63,953 bases of DNA, filler included, from Octopus bimaculoides (GCF_001194135.2; 7 parts of 7 records of this genome joined end to end with filler, not necessarily neighbours in it), one strand, 5' to 3'; counted from the first letter of the whole stretch, positions 1 to 12,401 are shown. Program-made: numbers and translations. Notes: generated from the letters alone by a model not told the origin.

Positions 1-370
1 TGTAGTTCCCAGCCTCTACTCTGCTTCCACCTTTATGGATAGGACATATGGTGCCTTCCTTCAGCTTTTTGGGAAGTTTACCATTTGCAAGGAAACTCTG
101 GAAGAGTATCCGGAGTGGTCCTGCTAATTCTTGTTTACACGACTTTAAGAGGACAGCTGGGAAACCATCGGGGCCTGTTGCCGAATTTGAGCTCATTTCA
201 TTTATGGCAGCTATCACATCTTCCTCTTCAATGTCGATGTAGGTAATGGATGCAGTCTTTTTCTGCTGAGTGCTATTGTCAAAGAAATCAGCTGGGTTCT
301 TTATCTGCATGTGACTCAGAGGAGAAGTGAAGACACTCTTGAATCGTGTACTGAGCACTTCACTTATCCA
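1..370 (-). mobile_element. Non-LTR retrotransposon (CR1/L2/Jockey-like) ORF2 fragment, region just upstream of the RT domain, running off the window edge
   Basis: Stop-free minus-strand translation: EVLSTRFKSVFTSP...IDIEEEDVIAAINEMSSNSATGPDGFPAVLLKSCKQELAGPLRILFQSFLANGKLPKKLKEGTICPIHKGGSRVEAGNY. This matches the LINE motifs SxxGPDG, PLxxLF and IxPIxKxGxxxxxxNY(RP). Truncated by a TA microsatellite at ~370. Confidence 0.9.
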
Positions 371-436
371 TATATATATACATATATTTATATTTATACA
401 TGTATATATATATATTTATATTTGTATGTATGTATA

Positions 437-841
437 TATTCTTTTACTCTTTTACTTGTTTCAGTCATTTGACTGCGGCAGAGCTGGAGCACCACCTTTA
501 GTCGAGCAAATCGACCCCAGGACTTATTCTTTGTAAGCCCAATACTTATTCTATCAGTCTTTTATGCAAAATCGTTATGTTACGGGGACGTAAACACCAC
601 CGTCGGTTGTCAAACGATGTTGGGAGACAAATACAGACACTCAAACACACATATATATATACATATACATATATACGACGGGCTTCTTTCAGTTTTCTTC
701 TACCAAATCCACTCACAAGGCTTTGGTCAGCCTGAGGCTATAGTACAAGACACTCGACGTAGGTGCCATGCAGTGGGACAGAACCCGGAACCATGTGGTT
801 GGTAAGTAAGCTACTTACCACACAGCCACTCCTGCACCTAT
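437..841 (-). mobile_element. SINE family A (tRNA-derived head, CORE-like CCTTGGGCAAGT block in other copies, internal CA/TA microsatellite), near full length
   Basis: Reverse complement begins ATAGGTGCAGGAGTGGCTGTGTGGTAAG with A/B-box-like motifs and ends GAAACAAGTAAAAGAGTAAAAGAATA. More than 10 homologous copies occur in this window. Confidence 0.85.
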
Positions 842-1039
842 ATATGAGAGGTTTTGGTATCCAGACGATCCAAAAGGCAGGTAAGGCTACGGAAGGGCCA
901 CTGTTAGACTCCCGTTTCAATAGTAGTATGAATGAGATGTCTGGTGCAGATCGTGTGTGAGCGTGTACATGTTGAATGAAAGGAGATAACAAGGCCAAGG
1001 CAGCTTGATATTTCTAGGACATTTATAAGAAGAAAGGTT

Positions 1040-1089
1040 GTCTTACAGCTGTTTCAGGGATATAAGAAAAATATCCTATCATCAGAGAC
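1040..1089 (-). ncRNA. Minimal type I hammerhead ribozyme motif
   Basis: Minus strand: GTCT-CTGATGA-TAGGATAT(TTTTCTT)ATATCCCT-GAAAC-AGCT-GTA-AGAC. It has stem I GTCT/AGAC, an intact core, a 6-bp stem II with a mismatched base, palindromic stem III ACAGCTGT and a GUA cleavage triplet. Confidence 0.75.
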
Positions 1090-1145
1090 GATGATATATG
1101 TATGTATGCATACTTACATATACATGTATATATACATGCATATAT

Positions 1146-1375
1146 AGGTACAGGACGTCATAAAACGTAAACAACATGAAACACGAAGACAAGCTTTGGT
1201 ATGCGAACAACGAGAGAAACAAATGAAAGACAAGACAAGTAACATATAGAATGACCCTTCATCAGTTGTCGCCTGATTATCTACTCCACATTTCGAGCAA
1301 TTCACGACAATATGTGCCTTCCAGAAAACAGTTGCTCCCGCAAACCAAAATAAAATTTGGGATTTGCAGAGGATC
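1146..1375 (-). mobile_element. Unclassified interspersed repeat (family Y), homologous to 56030-56243 (+)
   Basis: Shared blocks such as GCAAATCCCAAATTTTATTTTG, GCGGGAGCAACTG and TTTCATGTTGTTTACGTTTT...ACGTCCTGTACC occur in both loci in opposite orientation. Confidence 0.7.
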
Positions 1376-1382
1376 AGTGTTG

Positions 1383-1413
<31 letters not shown>

Positions 1414-2491
1414 NNNNNNNNNNNNNNNNNNNNNNNNNNNNNNNNNNNNNNNNNNNNNNNNNNNNNNNNNNNNNNNNNNNNNNNNNNNNNNNNNNNNNNN
1501 NNNNNNNNNNNNNNNNNNNNNNNNNNNNNNNNNNNNNNNNNNNNNNNNNNNNNNNNNNNNNNNNNNNNNNNNNNNNNNNNNNNNNNNNNNNNNNNNNNNN
1601 NNNNNNNNNNNNNNNNNNNNNNNNNNNNNNNNNNNNNNNNNNNNNNNNNNNNNNNNNNNNNNNNNNNNNNNNNNNNNNNNNNNNNNNNNNNNNNNNNNNN
1701 NNNNNNNNNNNNNNNNNNNNNNNNNNNNNNNNNNNNNNNNNNNNNNNNNNNNNNNNNNNNNNNNNNNNNNNNNNNNNNNNNNNNNNNNNNNNNNNNNNNN
1801 NNNNNNNNNNNNNNNNNNNNNNNNNNNNNNNNNNNNNNNNNNNNNNNNNNNNNNNNNNNNNNNNNNNNNNNNNNNNNNNNNNNNNNNNNNNNNNNNNNNN
1901 NNNNNNNNNNNNNNNNNNNNNNNNNNNNNNNNNNNNNNNNNNNNNNNNNNNNNNNNNNNNNNNNNNNNNNNNNNNNNNNNNNNNNNNNNNNNNNNNNNNN
2001 NNNNNNNNNNNNNNNNNNNNNNNNNNNNNNNNNNNNNNNNNNNNNNNNNNNNNNNNNNNNNNNNNNNNNNNNNNNNNNNNNNNNNNNNNNNNNNNNNNNN
2101 NNNNNNNNNNNNNNNNNNNNNNNNNNNNNNNNNNNNNNNNNNNNNNNNNNNNNNNNNNNNNNNNNNNNNNNNNNNNNNNNNNNNNNNNNNNNNNNNNNNN
2201 NNNNNNNNNNNNNNNNNNNNNNNTATATATATATATATATCATATATTATATATCATATATCGCATATCGTACATCTATGTATATGTGTATAATATATGT
2301 ATTTGTGTATATGCATATTCAAGGATAGGCTAAAACGTTCATAAGTTATGAAGCAAAGATGTTAGACAGGTGGAATCTTTCATTCATTAATTTCAACACT
2401 TATTAATAACTGTATTGTTTTCCCCATGTAAACTGATATCTGGCTGTGCAAGAAAGAATTCAAACGTAAGTAGAAGCAACTTCTGTTGGAG

Positions 2492-3493
2492 ATGGAAAAA
2501 TGTATCCTCCTGTCTTTGACAAGTATCTGAAGAAGTGAGTTTAGCGTCGAAGGACATTCATGCTGATCTGGTTCCTGCATTAGGAACCATACCAGTTTGA
2601 TCACAAGTACAAAAGTGAGCAGTCGATTTTAGGAGCAGAACGGACAGTCTTCAAGGTGACACAAAGTTTGGATGTCTTGCAGCTGCCACCCTCGAGGAAG
2701 ACATTCATTGTGTTCACCACATTCTCATGGATGACTGGTGATTGACTATAAATCTAATATCCAATGTAATTAGCAGATTCTGTGAGAGATTTCAGAATAT
2801 TTCATAAGATGAACGTGGCGTAATGACAATTTCTGCTTGGTGGGTGCTTCGTTGTCTGACAGCTGACCAAACGAACATGAGGCTGATTACATCGCTGGAA
2901 AATCTGACGTTGTTTGCGTCACATGCAGCTGGGCTCCTAAGCCAGGATGAGTGTTGGGTTCATCACTTTGAACAAAAGACAAGGAGATAATCTATGTAGT
3001 GCAATCACTCCTCCTCAGTGGCTCCAAAGAAGGCCAAGGTGGTTTCTTCTGCCTTGAAGCTGATGGCCTCGGTTTTGGGGATGCAAAAGAAATTTTTTTT
3101 ATTGGGTATCTTGAAAAGAACACGCGATCAACGCAGAATACTATGCCAATTTGCTGAGGCAGATACGAAATGTTATCATGACCGAAACGCTTCAGAAAAA
3201 TGACGAAAATGGTCTTGTATCTTGAGGACAATATTCCAGCACATGTCTCTGGTTTCAATGGCTGCTGTGCGTGATTGTAATTTTGAACTGGTTGATCAAC
3301 CTTCCTATTCTCCTGATTTGGCTCCAACTCATAATCATCTGTTCCCCCAACATCAGAAAAGTTTTAGCTGGGTACTCGTGATGATGACCTTGATTTTGCA
3401 ATAAGATGAATGCTTCTCCACCAATGATATCCGATCACTATAAAACCGATGGAAGAATGCATGGACCGCAAAGTGGACTATGTTAAAAAAAAA
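2492..3493 (+). pseudogene. Degenerate mariner (DD34D-type) transposase
   Basis: Frameshifted pieces read MEK..., SAWWVLR.LTADQ (WVPRxLT motif), QDECWVHHFE, PKKAKVVSSA.KLMASV, SLVSMAAVRDCNFELVDQPSYSPDLAP and C-terminal CMDRKVDYVKK. Confidence 0.9.
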
Positions 3494-3553
3494 GATTTAA
3501 TAACATTCTCCGAGAGTATCTTGATCAGTCTATGGTACTTTCATCCGACATTC

Positions 3554-3608
<55 letters not shown>

Positions 3609-3844
3609 TGTGTGCGTGCGCGCCGTTAGTGTATATATAAAGATGTTTTGTTGAAAGTGATGGAAATTTGGTGCTGATTTCTTTATTAATTGACATATGT
3701 AGTTGAAAATACGTAGTTAAATAAATGTTCTCAACCTCTACCACAAGAGATGTATTTGCGCCATCATTGAGCACAACAGTCAGCTCCTCTCTGAAACACT
3801 TCAAAAGTTCACTGGTGTACCCACTTAGCCATTGCTACTTTTGC

Positions 3845-4705
3845 TGTGTGTCATGAAATCTTTGTTTCTGAAAACTGTTCTTCACTACAGCAATCATGTC
3901 GATGTCGGTTGGTAGGAAATCACAAGAGTCTAAAATGGCGATTGATTCGTTAGTTGCTAAAATATACGTGTGATTTTGCATTGCCATACCAGATGTGAAA
4001 TACTTCCAAAATTGTTGTTCAGTTTTTTTCTAATGGCTTTTCGGACTTTTATTATACTACACGCATTGAAGTGTTAAACCAGGTTCCAGAGGACGATATA
4101 GAATTATGCTCGTGTCACACCCCGCTATCAAACTAGGAACCATGACTTTGGGTGCCAGTCACTGGCGCTTGATCTAGGAACTTGACGTTGTGATGTGTGA
4201 CCATGCCATCGACGAAAACTTCGTTTGCTTATAAGAAAATGTACCTAAGCTTCATTCTTTGGCGCCAGGTCGGAATTAAAGTATCTTCATTGGTTTCAAA
4301 AGCTTCCTGCATATCAATGTAGTCAACCACACTTTCCTCCGTTATATTGGATGTTAAATATTAAGGAACCCATTTGCACATACTTTTCCATGCGCAAAGT
4401 CTTCTATCATTTCTTGTAAGTTGTTGTGATCATAGACCATATGTGCTGCATGTCTCACAGATAGTAACTCAGTTGTCAGTGGAAGTAATTTTCTCCACAT
4501 GATGGGGATTACTGTCAGTGGATACATTTTATAGCCTTGCGTCTCTTGGCGTTTCTACACTGCCGATTTACCCTTTTTAAATCTGCTTCAAACATCTGCA
4601 AATTTCACTTGTCATTGGCGTCGTCTCTGAAAACAATTTCTAAATTGTTATTGATGTTGAACTAAATGCACTGTCCTTTCATCAAGAATTCTATGACAGC
4701 AGCGG
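3845..4705 (-). pseudogene. Second, more decayed mariner transposase relic, convergent with the first
   Basis: Minus-strand remnants include IEFLMKG, CRCLKQ..KG, GKVCA-WVP (with frameshift) and VRKAIRKK. Many stops. Confidence 0.55.
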
Positions 4706-5279
4706 AAGTATACTCTCAGAATATATATAGTTTAAACGACTTACGTCAGTTTGTAAAGATGCTTTTCCATGCTGTGCTACTTGCGGTTCAACCCACGTAC
4801 GTATACACAGATACATAGATACATAGATACATGCATACATACGTACATGCATACAAACATATATACGTACGTACGTAAATACATACATACTCCCACATAT
4901 ACATGTGATTTGTACTTGGTGTTCATCAAGTTTTCGCCTACTCCGGCACCTCTACACCAGATACATATTTTGTGGATTAATTATTGGTTGGTTTGAATCT
5001 TGTAACCAACCATGGTATCGTTTACGAATTGTGGTTTTATGCATGCATGTGCATATATAATTGTATGTATGTCTGTATGTGCGTGCGTGTGAGTAAAATA
5101 AGAATAACTACTTGTGCCTAAACGAAGTGTTAAAGAATATGATCGAGATATTGGTATTGGTTATAGGCAACATTTGTAATTCATAGTTGTGACTCTTTAA
5201 ATATGCACACACTTTTTTAATATTAACTTCTTTGGTTAAATTTAAATAACATTTAGATATATATAAAACAAATAAAGTG

Positions 5280-5770
5280 TTATTATAATTGGTTCCGCAA
5301 TATGAACTAATTCCAGTTGCGAACCGATATTTATTTAAGAATGAAAATTACTGTTTCCTAAAGATGTTATCCGTCATTTTAGCATATGTAAAGAAAAGAT
5401 TACAAAAAACAAATCGGAACCAAAAACTAATTTACTCGCCTTCAAGGAAAGATATCTGATTTCTCATGAGAAAAACAAGATTGATTTTGATACTTGCAGC
5501 ATATTTAGAAAATACAATAACACATCTAATTCCACAATGGAAATATTATACCACCTAGAATTTTATAGTGCAATCACAAACAATAAAAGAGAAGATAACA
5601 TGAATTATTGTTAAATGTCATAATTTTAAAATAGTTTTTATGTTTCGCTTATGTGGAGATATCTGATAAATTAGGGTTTATTATGATTATATTCAATACT
5701 TCGGTAAATACGAGAGATTATGTGATCGCTGTTGTTGATATTTCTTTGACAATGATTCCTCTATAAATTT
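5280..5770 (+). mobile_element. Possible highly decayed Penelope-like GIY-YIG C-terminal region
   Basis: Scattered remnants resembling FKERY..H, NST and a CxLC-like position. Many stops, weak similarity by eye. Confidence 0.35.
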
Positions 5771-6310
5771 CCATAAAACTGCACTAGATTAAATAGGCAT
5801 TTTTCTCACTTATTTTCTGTATATTCCTCTCATTCTATACCAAACTCTCTCTCTCTCTCCTCCTTTCACTCTATCGCTCGCCCACTTTTCCTTCATTTTC
5901 CTATATTTTATCATTTCACTATCTCAATCATTCACTCTTTTGTTTCTTATATTTATCATTATGTATGAGTGCTTAGATAAATGGATTCATTTGTGTGTAA
6001 AACGTGAAGGATTATGTAAATCTATGTGTGTTCAAATATAATAATGGAAATAATATTTTCTGATAGTTTTTGGTAATAGCAGCACCAGTAGAATATTATG
6101 TTATCCCTTTTCTTCTGAACAATAAAATGTTGTTTGAGTGTCTTAATGAATAGTATCGCATTCAATTCTTAACACACGATATTCATGCAGTTACTGTACC
6201 AGTATCATACTCTATCTATCTATCTATCTATCTGTCTGTTTGTTTGTTTATCTGCCTATCTATGTCTTTCTCCAGCTGTGTGTCTGTGTTTATATATATA
6301 TATATATATT

Positions 6311-6345
<35 letters not shown>

Positions 6346-6378
6346 GGAGTGTGTGAGAGAGAGAGAGAGAGAGAGATA

Positions 6379-6411
<33 letters not shown>

Positions 6412-6469
6412 CGAAAGAGTGAGATAGATAGACAGGCAGAGAGTTAAGCAGACAGACAAAGTTATATAT

Positions 6470-6560
6470 ATATACCCTCCATCCTTCATCAGATGTCTTG
6501 GGGAAATTTTGGACTTGATGAAGGCTGGAGGGTATATCAGCCGAAACGTTGTGTTAACAA
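6470..6560 (+). ncRNA. Hammerhead-like motif preceded by a short inverted copy of its own 5' half
   Basis: (T)TGATGA-A-GGCTG(GAGGGTATAT)CAGCC-GAAAC-GTT at 6515-6550. 6470-6492 is the reverse complement and keeps the canonical CTGATGAAG. Stem I and the cleavage triplet were not identifiable. Confidence 0.4.
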
Positions 6561-7094
6561 CAAACAAGAGCAGGCCAAATATCCATCAAATGTAAATAAT
6601 GTATCTTTGTGATTGCCCACACATTTAGATGTATGTTATCTTGAGCATTCGAACTGATCTCGAATAAGCGCCTTTGTAACTTTAGGTGGGCATTTTCTCT
6701 ATCATGTGTGTCTATAGTGCAGACGCTGGTTAATTACGCTGAAGATATTTCATTCATCCATCCTGTCTGTCTTCAGGGAGAAGGAACTCATATTTGTGAA
6801 ATGATTCGTCAGCACTTATAAAGACATTTAAATTTACCGACCGAAACATATCGTCTTGAATTACTATAACTTAATAACCTTCAAAAATTTGCAGGAACAT
6901 GTCGCATGTTTTATACTTTTCTACATAGAATACTTCAAATAAGCTTTTGCCAGAAACAGAAAATCCTCAAAACAACAAATGAGAGTATAACTTCAAGGGT
7001 ATAAGTTGAGTATTAAGCCTAGAAAAGCATATGGAATTAAGCGAATCCCAACCATTTTACGGTTTTACAGAGACACACGGAAGGGTTAAAATAT

Positions 7095-7445
7095 ATAAAG
7101 TTGTGTACTAAGAAGTTTGCTTCCCAACCACACGGTTCCGAGTTTATTGCCTCTGCGTGGCAAGTGTTTTCTGCTATAGCTTCGTGGCAACCATATATGT
7201 GTATGTGTGTAATAATAGCGCGCATGTGTGTGTCATTGTGCTTGAGTTGGTCTCTCACTATACCTTTAGAACCGGTATTGGTGTATTTACATTCATGTAA
7301 CATAGTGATTCAGCACATAATGGTCTGAGTACTAGGCTTTACAAATAAGTACAGGTGTCGACTTGTTCGACTAAAATTCTTCAGCCAGTGCCACAACATG
7401 GACACAATCAAATGAATGAAATACTGACAAGATAAAAAAGATAAA
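7095..7445 (+). mobile_element. SINE family A, diverged copy
   Basis: Head AGTTTGCTTCCCAACCACACGGTTCCGAG, body GTCGACTTGTTCGACTAAAA and A-rich tail match other copies. Confidence 0.7.
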
Positions 7446-9223
7446 TAGTCAGAAATATGAGCGCCTCTCGCGTCTGAAATCTAATGAATTATTCTAAATT
7501 TTTATCATGAAAAATAATTAAGATAATAAAATAATTTGAATATCCCAAGTTATGTTGTACTGAAGATTTCAAATCTGGATGTGATGATATCATACATGTC
7601 TAGTATGATAATAATAAACTACAATAATGAAATAACTTTATGTTATAAGAAGTTTGCCCTTTGCATTCTTTGAAAAAAGAAAACAAAATTTTCCATAGAA
7701 AACAAAAGAGGGATAAGCCTAGAAGCGATTGTCTCACTTGTAGCAGCATCTCTGTTTCTGTTTCTTTCTCTACACCACTATATGCAGCTACCAGTAAGAC
7801 CACGACGTGTAAATAATTAAGATCCTTTCACATATTTTTTTCTAAAATAAGCGTAATCTTTTCTGCATTCCTTTTCTCAAAAGGAATCATCACGTCTTCA
7901 GTGTACTTCAACTCCCAGTCTCTGAAGATAGAGCAACAATACGATAATCGGAATTTCCTTTTCTTCTTTTCCCTCGCATTATCATTAATTTGAAAAATAT
8001 ATGTTCACTACGGGAGCACATGATGTGGAACAAGCATGCGTGCATATAAAGATAGCATTCCATGATATGGGAAAAGAAACAAGTTTGAAATATTATCTTG
8101 TCAGCAACGATTTATTTAAAAATAATATACCCCATATATTTCATTCGCCTACACATTATGAATGAAGTTCCCTCTCTCATATATACATATATATGTATAT
8201 ATATATATATATATATNNNNNNNNNNNNNNNNNNNNNNNNNNNNNNNNNNNNNNNNNNNNNNNNNNNNNNNNNNNNNNNNNNNNNNNNNNNNNNNNNNNN
8301 NNNNNNNNNNNNNNNNNNNNNNNNNNNNNNNNNNNNNNNNNNNNNNNNNNNNNNNNNNNNNNNNNNNNNNNNNNNNNNNNNNNNNNNNNNNNNNNNNNNN
8401 NNNNNNNNNNNNNNNNNNNNNNNNNNNNNNNNNNNNNNNNNNNNNNNNNNNNNNNNNNNNNNNNNNNNNNNNNNNNNNNNNNNNNNNNNNNNNNNNNNNN
8501 NNNNNNNNNNNNNNNNNNNNNNNNNNNNNNNNNNNNNNNNNNNNNNNNNNNNNNNNNNNNNNNNNNNNNNNNNNNNNNNNNNNNNNNNNNNNNNNNNNNN
8601 NNNNNNNNNNNNNNNNNNNNNNNNNNNNNNNNNNNNNNNNNNNNNNNNNNNNNNNNNNNNNNNNNNNNNNNNNNNNNNNNNNNNNNNNNNNNNNNNNNNN
8701 NNNNNNNNNNNNNNNNNNNNNNNNNNNNNNNNNNNNNNNNNNNNNNNNNNNNNNNNNNNNNNNNNNNNNNNNNNNNNNNNNNNNNNNNNNNNNNNNNNNN
8801 NNNNNNNNNNNNNNNATATATATATATATACATACAAAGAGAATAAGAGAGTGAGATGTGGGAGAGAAAGTGTTTTACATGCATCTTTAGCTATATGTGT
8901 GCACCTATTTATCTATATCTAGGATCTATTTACATGTATTATGTATGTGTTTGTGGATGGATGCATGTATACATGTTTATAAAATATCTTATGTACAGAT
9001 GTAGATGTACGGGTGCTGCTGTTATGCTTAGAGCTCTGTGTATATTGTCATAGTTCGGTGTAACAAGCTGCAATGTTCTGTGTAAGTGCTCTGAACACCC
9101 ATTATATGGTTCCAAGCAACCACAATGGTGAAACTTGTTTATGTAGTTCATTACGTTACAATATAAAGTTTAACCGAAACTTGTTAAATTCCGGTCAGTA
9201 GTACGCACACACACACACAAGCA

Positions 9224-9261
<38 letters not shown>

Positions 9262-9872
9262 TACATAGATATATGCGTGTGTGTGCGTGTGTGTGTGAGT
9301 GTGTGTGTGTGTGCTTGCCTGCGTGCATGTATGTATTTAACTATGTCGACTTTTGATCTTATGTGAAGCTATACATAAAACCAAGTTGAATTTAAATTGA
9401 AGTATCACTCAAAACTTTTTGGTAGAGTACATATTTATCAACTTTTCCAAAGAAAACGGTGAGCAGTGAGGTTGTGTGAATGAACATTTTCTGTAAAATA
9501 TGTAAAGTAGAGAAATTCTTATGGAAATAAAGAGTGAGTGAGGGATAAGAGAAGAAAATGTCGTTTGAGTTGTGTTAATGATAGAAACGTTGGAATCAGC
9601 TATTGTATTTTGATACAGAAGTTTATAACTGCTTGGTTTCAGTCTGGCATATAAGTTAACGGCCAAAGATATGTGTCATATTCAGATCGTTGAAGTTTAC
9701 ATTTTTATTAAACAAAATTCTTTATATATAAGGTTGTTTTTGTTTACGTTTATTGTAAAGACTCACACACTCACACACACATATGTTAGAGGGAAAAGGA
9801 CAACAAAAACCAAAGCAGGACGAGTATCTCAAGTCATTTATAATGATTTAATTAGCGTATGGTGAATTTGAA

Positions 9873-9948
9873 GTCTTACAGTTGCTTCTCGGATATCCCA
9901 AATGATAGACTAGTACGTCCGTACACTGGGTAGACTGTCATCAGAGAC
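9873..9948 (-). ncRNA. Type I hammerhead motif, left-arm copy (mutated GAAA and stem III)
   Basis: GTCT-CTGATGA-~48-nt stem II-GAAGC-AACT-GTA-AGAC. Stem I and CTGATGA are intact. Confidence 0.6.
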
Positions 9949-10585
9949 ATAGTAAGTATGTATGAAAGTTCTAGACAGAAAAATGCACAGATTATAAGGA
10001 ATAAAATAGAAGAATAAAGATTAAAAGTAGTTAGAATAGAGACAGGAGAATAAAGTTCCCAGTTCATCTTTTACAAGAGGGTATGGAGGTTGATTCATAC
10101 TTCCATGAAGGTATAAGCCCTTAGGTATAATCGCAGATAAATCCAGGCAGTATTTTGAATGATGCGTTCATTTTGAAGTGGTTAGCTAATATGTAAATGG
10201 TCTGCGTGGGAATATAGAGTGACAAAGACAAACATCAGGATGTCTGTCCGTGTGGGCATGTAGAGTGAGAAAGACAGATGTCTTGATGTTTGCCTTTCTC
10301 ATTCTATATATACACGCGGACCATTTACATAGTAGTTAGCTACTTCAACATGAACGCATCATTCAAAATACCGTCAAATTACGGCCTGGATTTACCTGCG
10401 ATTATACCTAAGGCCTTATACCTTCACGGAAGTACGGACCAAACTCCATACCCACGGGAAAAGATGAACTGTGAACTTGAATCTCCTGTCTGTATTCTTT
10501 TATTTACTTTTAAACTTTATTCTTCTATTCTATTCCTTATAATCTGTGAATTTCCCTGTCTCGAACTTTCATAGATACTCACTAT

Positions 10586-10660
10586 GTCTCTGAAGACGGA
10601 AACCCGGTGTACGGACATGCTGGACTATCACTTGGGATATCTGAGAAACAGCTGTAGAAC
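10586..10660 (+). ncRNA. Type I hammerhead motif, right-arm copy (stem I damaged)
   Basis: GTCT-CTGAAGA-CGG...-GAAAC-AGCT-GTA-GAAC. Core and palindromic stem III ACAGCTGT are intact. Confidence 0.6.
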
Positions 10661-12249
10661 TTCAAATTCACCTAATCCTAATTAAATTATTATAAATGAG
10701 TTGAGATACTCATCCTGCCATGATATTATTTGTAGTCCTTTCCTTCTAATATATACCTGCTAACACGGAATCCTAATACGGTTCCCTAGCTCTAGCCTTA
10801 GCGGTGAACTTCGAACCTAATGGATGACCAATTATAGAACTTACTCAACGTACCTATTCGTTTCGATCACCAATGGACTAGACCCCCTCATATTCTTTAT
10901 GAGGGGGTCTATATATATATATATACATACACACAAATAACATCGGATGTATTGTGGTTCATTACAACGGTTTCAGAAGTGTTTTCTGTTGACACTTACA
11001 AAAAGAAAAAGTTTTTATCAAGTGAAATCATGTAGGAATTAAACATTTTGAACATCTCAATGACAAGTGAAAATGCCGTTTTGACTCTAACGACCGAAAT
11101 TCAGTCAGAGAGTTTTTTTTCTTTTTTTTCTTTTTTTTTCGCATGATGTAACACTTATATATAGCAATAATAAAAGATGTCTGAAACAGCTGTAGTTAAC
11201 CACAATCCATTTGTTGTTATTTGTTTATCCTTCACCTAACACGAAACCAGCGCTTGGCCTGCATCTAGTGTCTTTTGAGCGCAGTACAACGGCTGCAGTG
11301 TTTGTAATCACGCGCCACATCGAGACCCGTTATATATTCAGTCGGCTTTTTGTGATTGTACTCACAACCGTACTTTTGTAAGTACGTATTTTTACTTTAA
11401 ATACTGTATATACACGATAGCGATATTATCGATCCGATCATTTACTATTTAAATAACTGATTTGCTTAAATCCTGAAATTTTATATATATATAGAATACA
11501 ATCTTCCAATACTGCGGAATGTCTGATGTAGATCCAGTGAAAATTAAATCGTAACCGTGGATGACATCTGGTAACCTTAACGGTGAAAGTGCCCCAATCG
11601 GAATACTACTAGACATATAACCAAAGTTCAAATAATTATCTATATAGCAAATTTACCCATCTATGATGGATGCAAAAAATGAGAGAGTGAAGTCATTATA
11701 GCACTATGTGTTGAGAAATGTATAAATGAACTTTATATATTACCGGGTGATGTCTAACAGAAATCACATTATCGCTGGTGATACAGCATTCTATTGCAGC
11801 TATATGACGTGTTTGCGATTAAGTGACATGTGATGACGATTCACTCCCGAACTGAAATAGGTTCCCAGCCTCTTTATCATGAATGGTCATGTGGACCACT
11901 ACTAGCGAAAGCCAAATCTTCCTTCGGCTACTACATAAAAAGTATTAAGAAAAAAATGTCATTTAGATATACTATATTTACACTATTTTACGCTTGTTTA
12001 TATTCTTATACATGCAAAGTTCACAAATTTCCTTATTTAGATTGTGAATCATATTCCTTTCGATAATATCAATATCAGATCAGTGTACATCAGTAACATA
12101 TCAGTGTACATCATTGAAACTAGTGGAGGATCTCTTATATCAAGACACATAAATACATAATTAATCTTGAAATAAAACTCAATAAGATATGAGAGTATTC
12201 TAGTTCGCTTGAAGCATTGTGTATTGTTTGTAAAGAATAAAAAGTTTAG

Positions 12250-12385
12250 AATGGTACAACAATGCACTATAAGACAAAAAAATGGATTATATACCTGTGT
12301 AATTTGGTTATCTATAGTCCGATGATATTTCGGAATTACAATTCCTTCTTCAGATCTTCTTAGCTGGAGTCTCTGCTATAAATAA
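12250..12385 (-). mobile_element. Possible PLE terminal fragment with a hammerhead-like core
   Basis: Minus strand CTGAAGA-A-GGAATT(GT)AATTCC-GAAAT-ATC-ATC at ~12310-12355. Stem I does not pair. Confidence 0.35.
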
Positions 12386-12401
12386 GATATGTATGTGTGT
12401 G

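Larger units (their letters stand above)
9781..10754. repeat. Long imperfect inverted repeat (arms 9781-10248 and 10273-10754, 24-nt spacer), probably an inverted PLE pseudo-LTR
   Basis: The arms align in reverse complement throughout, e.g. GCAGGACGAGTATCTCAAGTCATTTATAAT vs ATTATAAATGAGTTGAGATACTCATCCTGC, and AGTTCATCTTTT vs AAAAGATGAACT. Confidence 0.9.

Noticed and set aside
1245-1320. GAAA...GATAATC...CTGATGA arrangement in family Y, echoed at 25440-25500 in family X, as a possible type II hammerhead
   Set aside because: No stem I hairpin can be drawn, stem III has at most 2 bp, and the second family Y copy lacks the CTGATGA.
1251-2333. Long ORFs of 200-540 aa in the track (also at 8.1, 21.4, 33.1, 39.1, 51.4, 56.0 and 58.4 kb)
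   Set aside because: They consist of X from N gaps and YI/CV/HT dipeptides from microsatellites, so they are artefacts. The only exceptions are the RTE and PLE segments reported separately.
11140-11200. GAAACAGCTGTA, identical to the stem III of other HHRs
   Set aside because: The 5' core and stem I are too decayed to support a separate call.
11449-11631. 60-aa minus ORF in complex sequence
   Set aside because: Poor splice sites and no recognisable domain.
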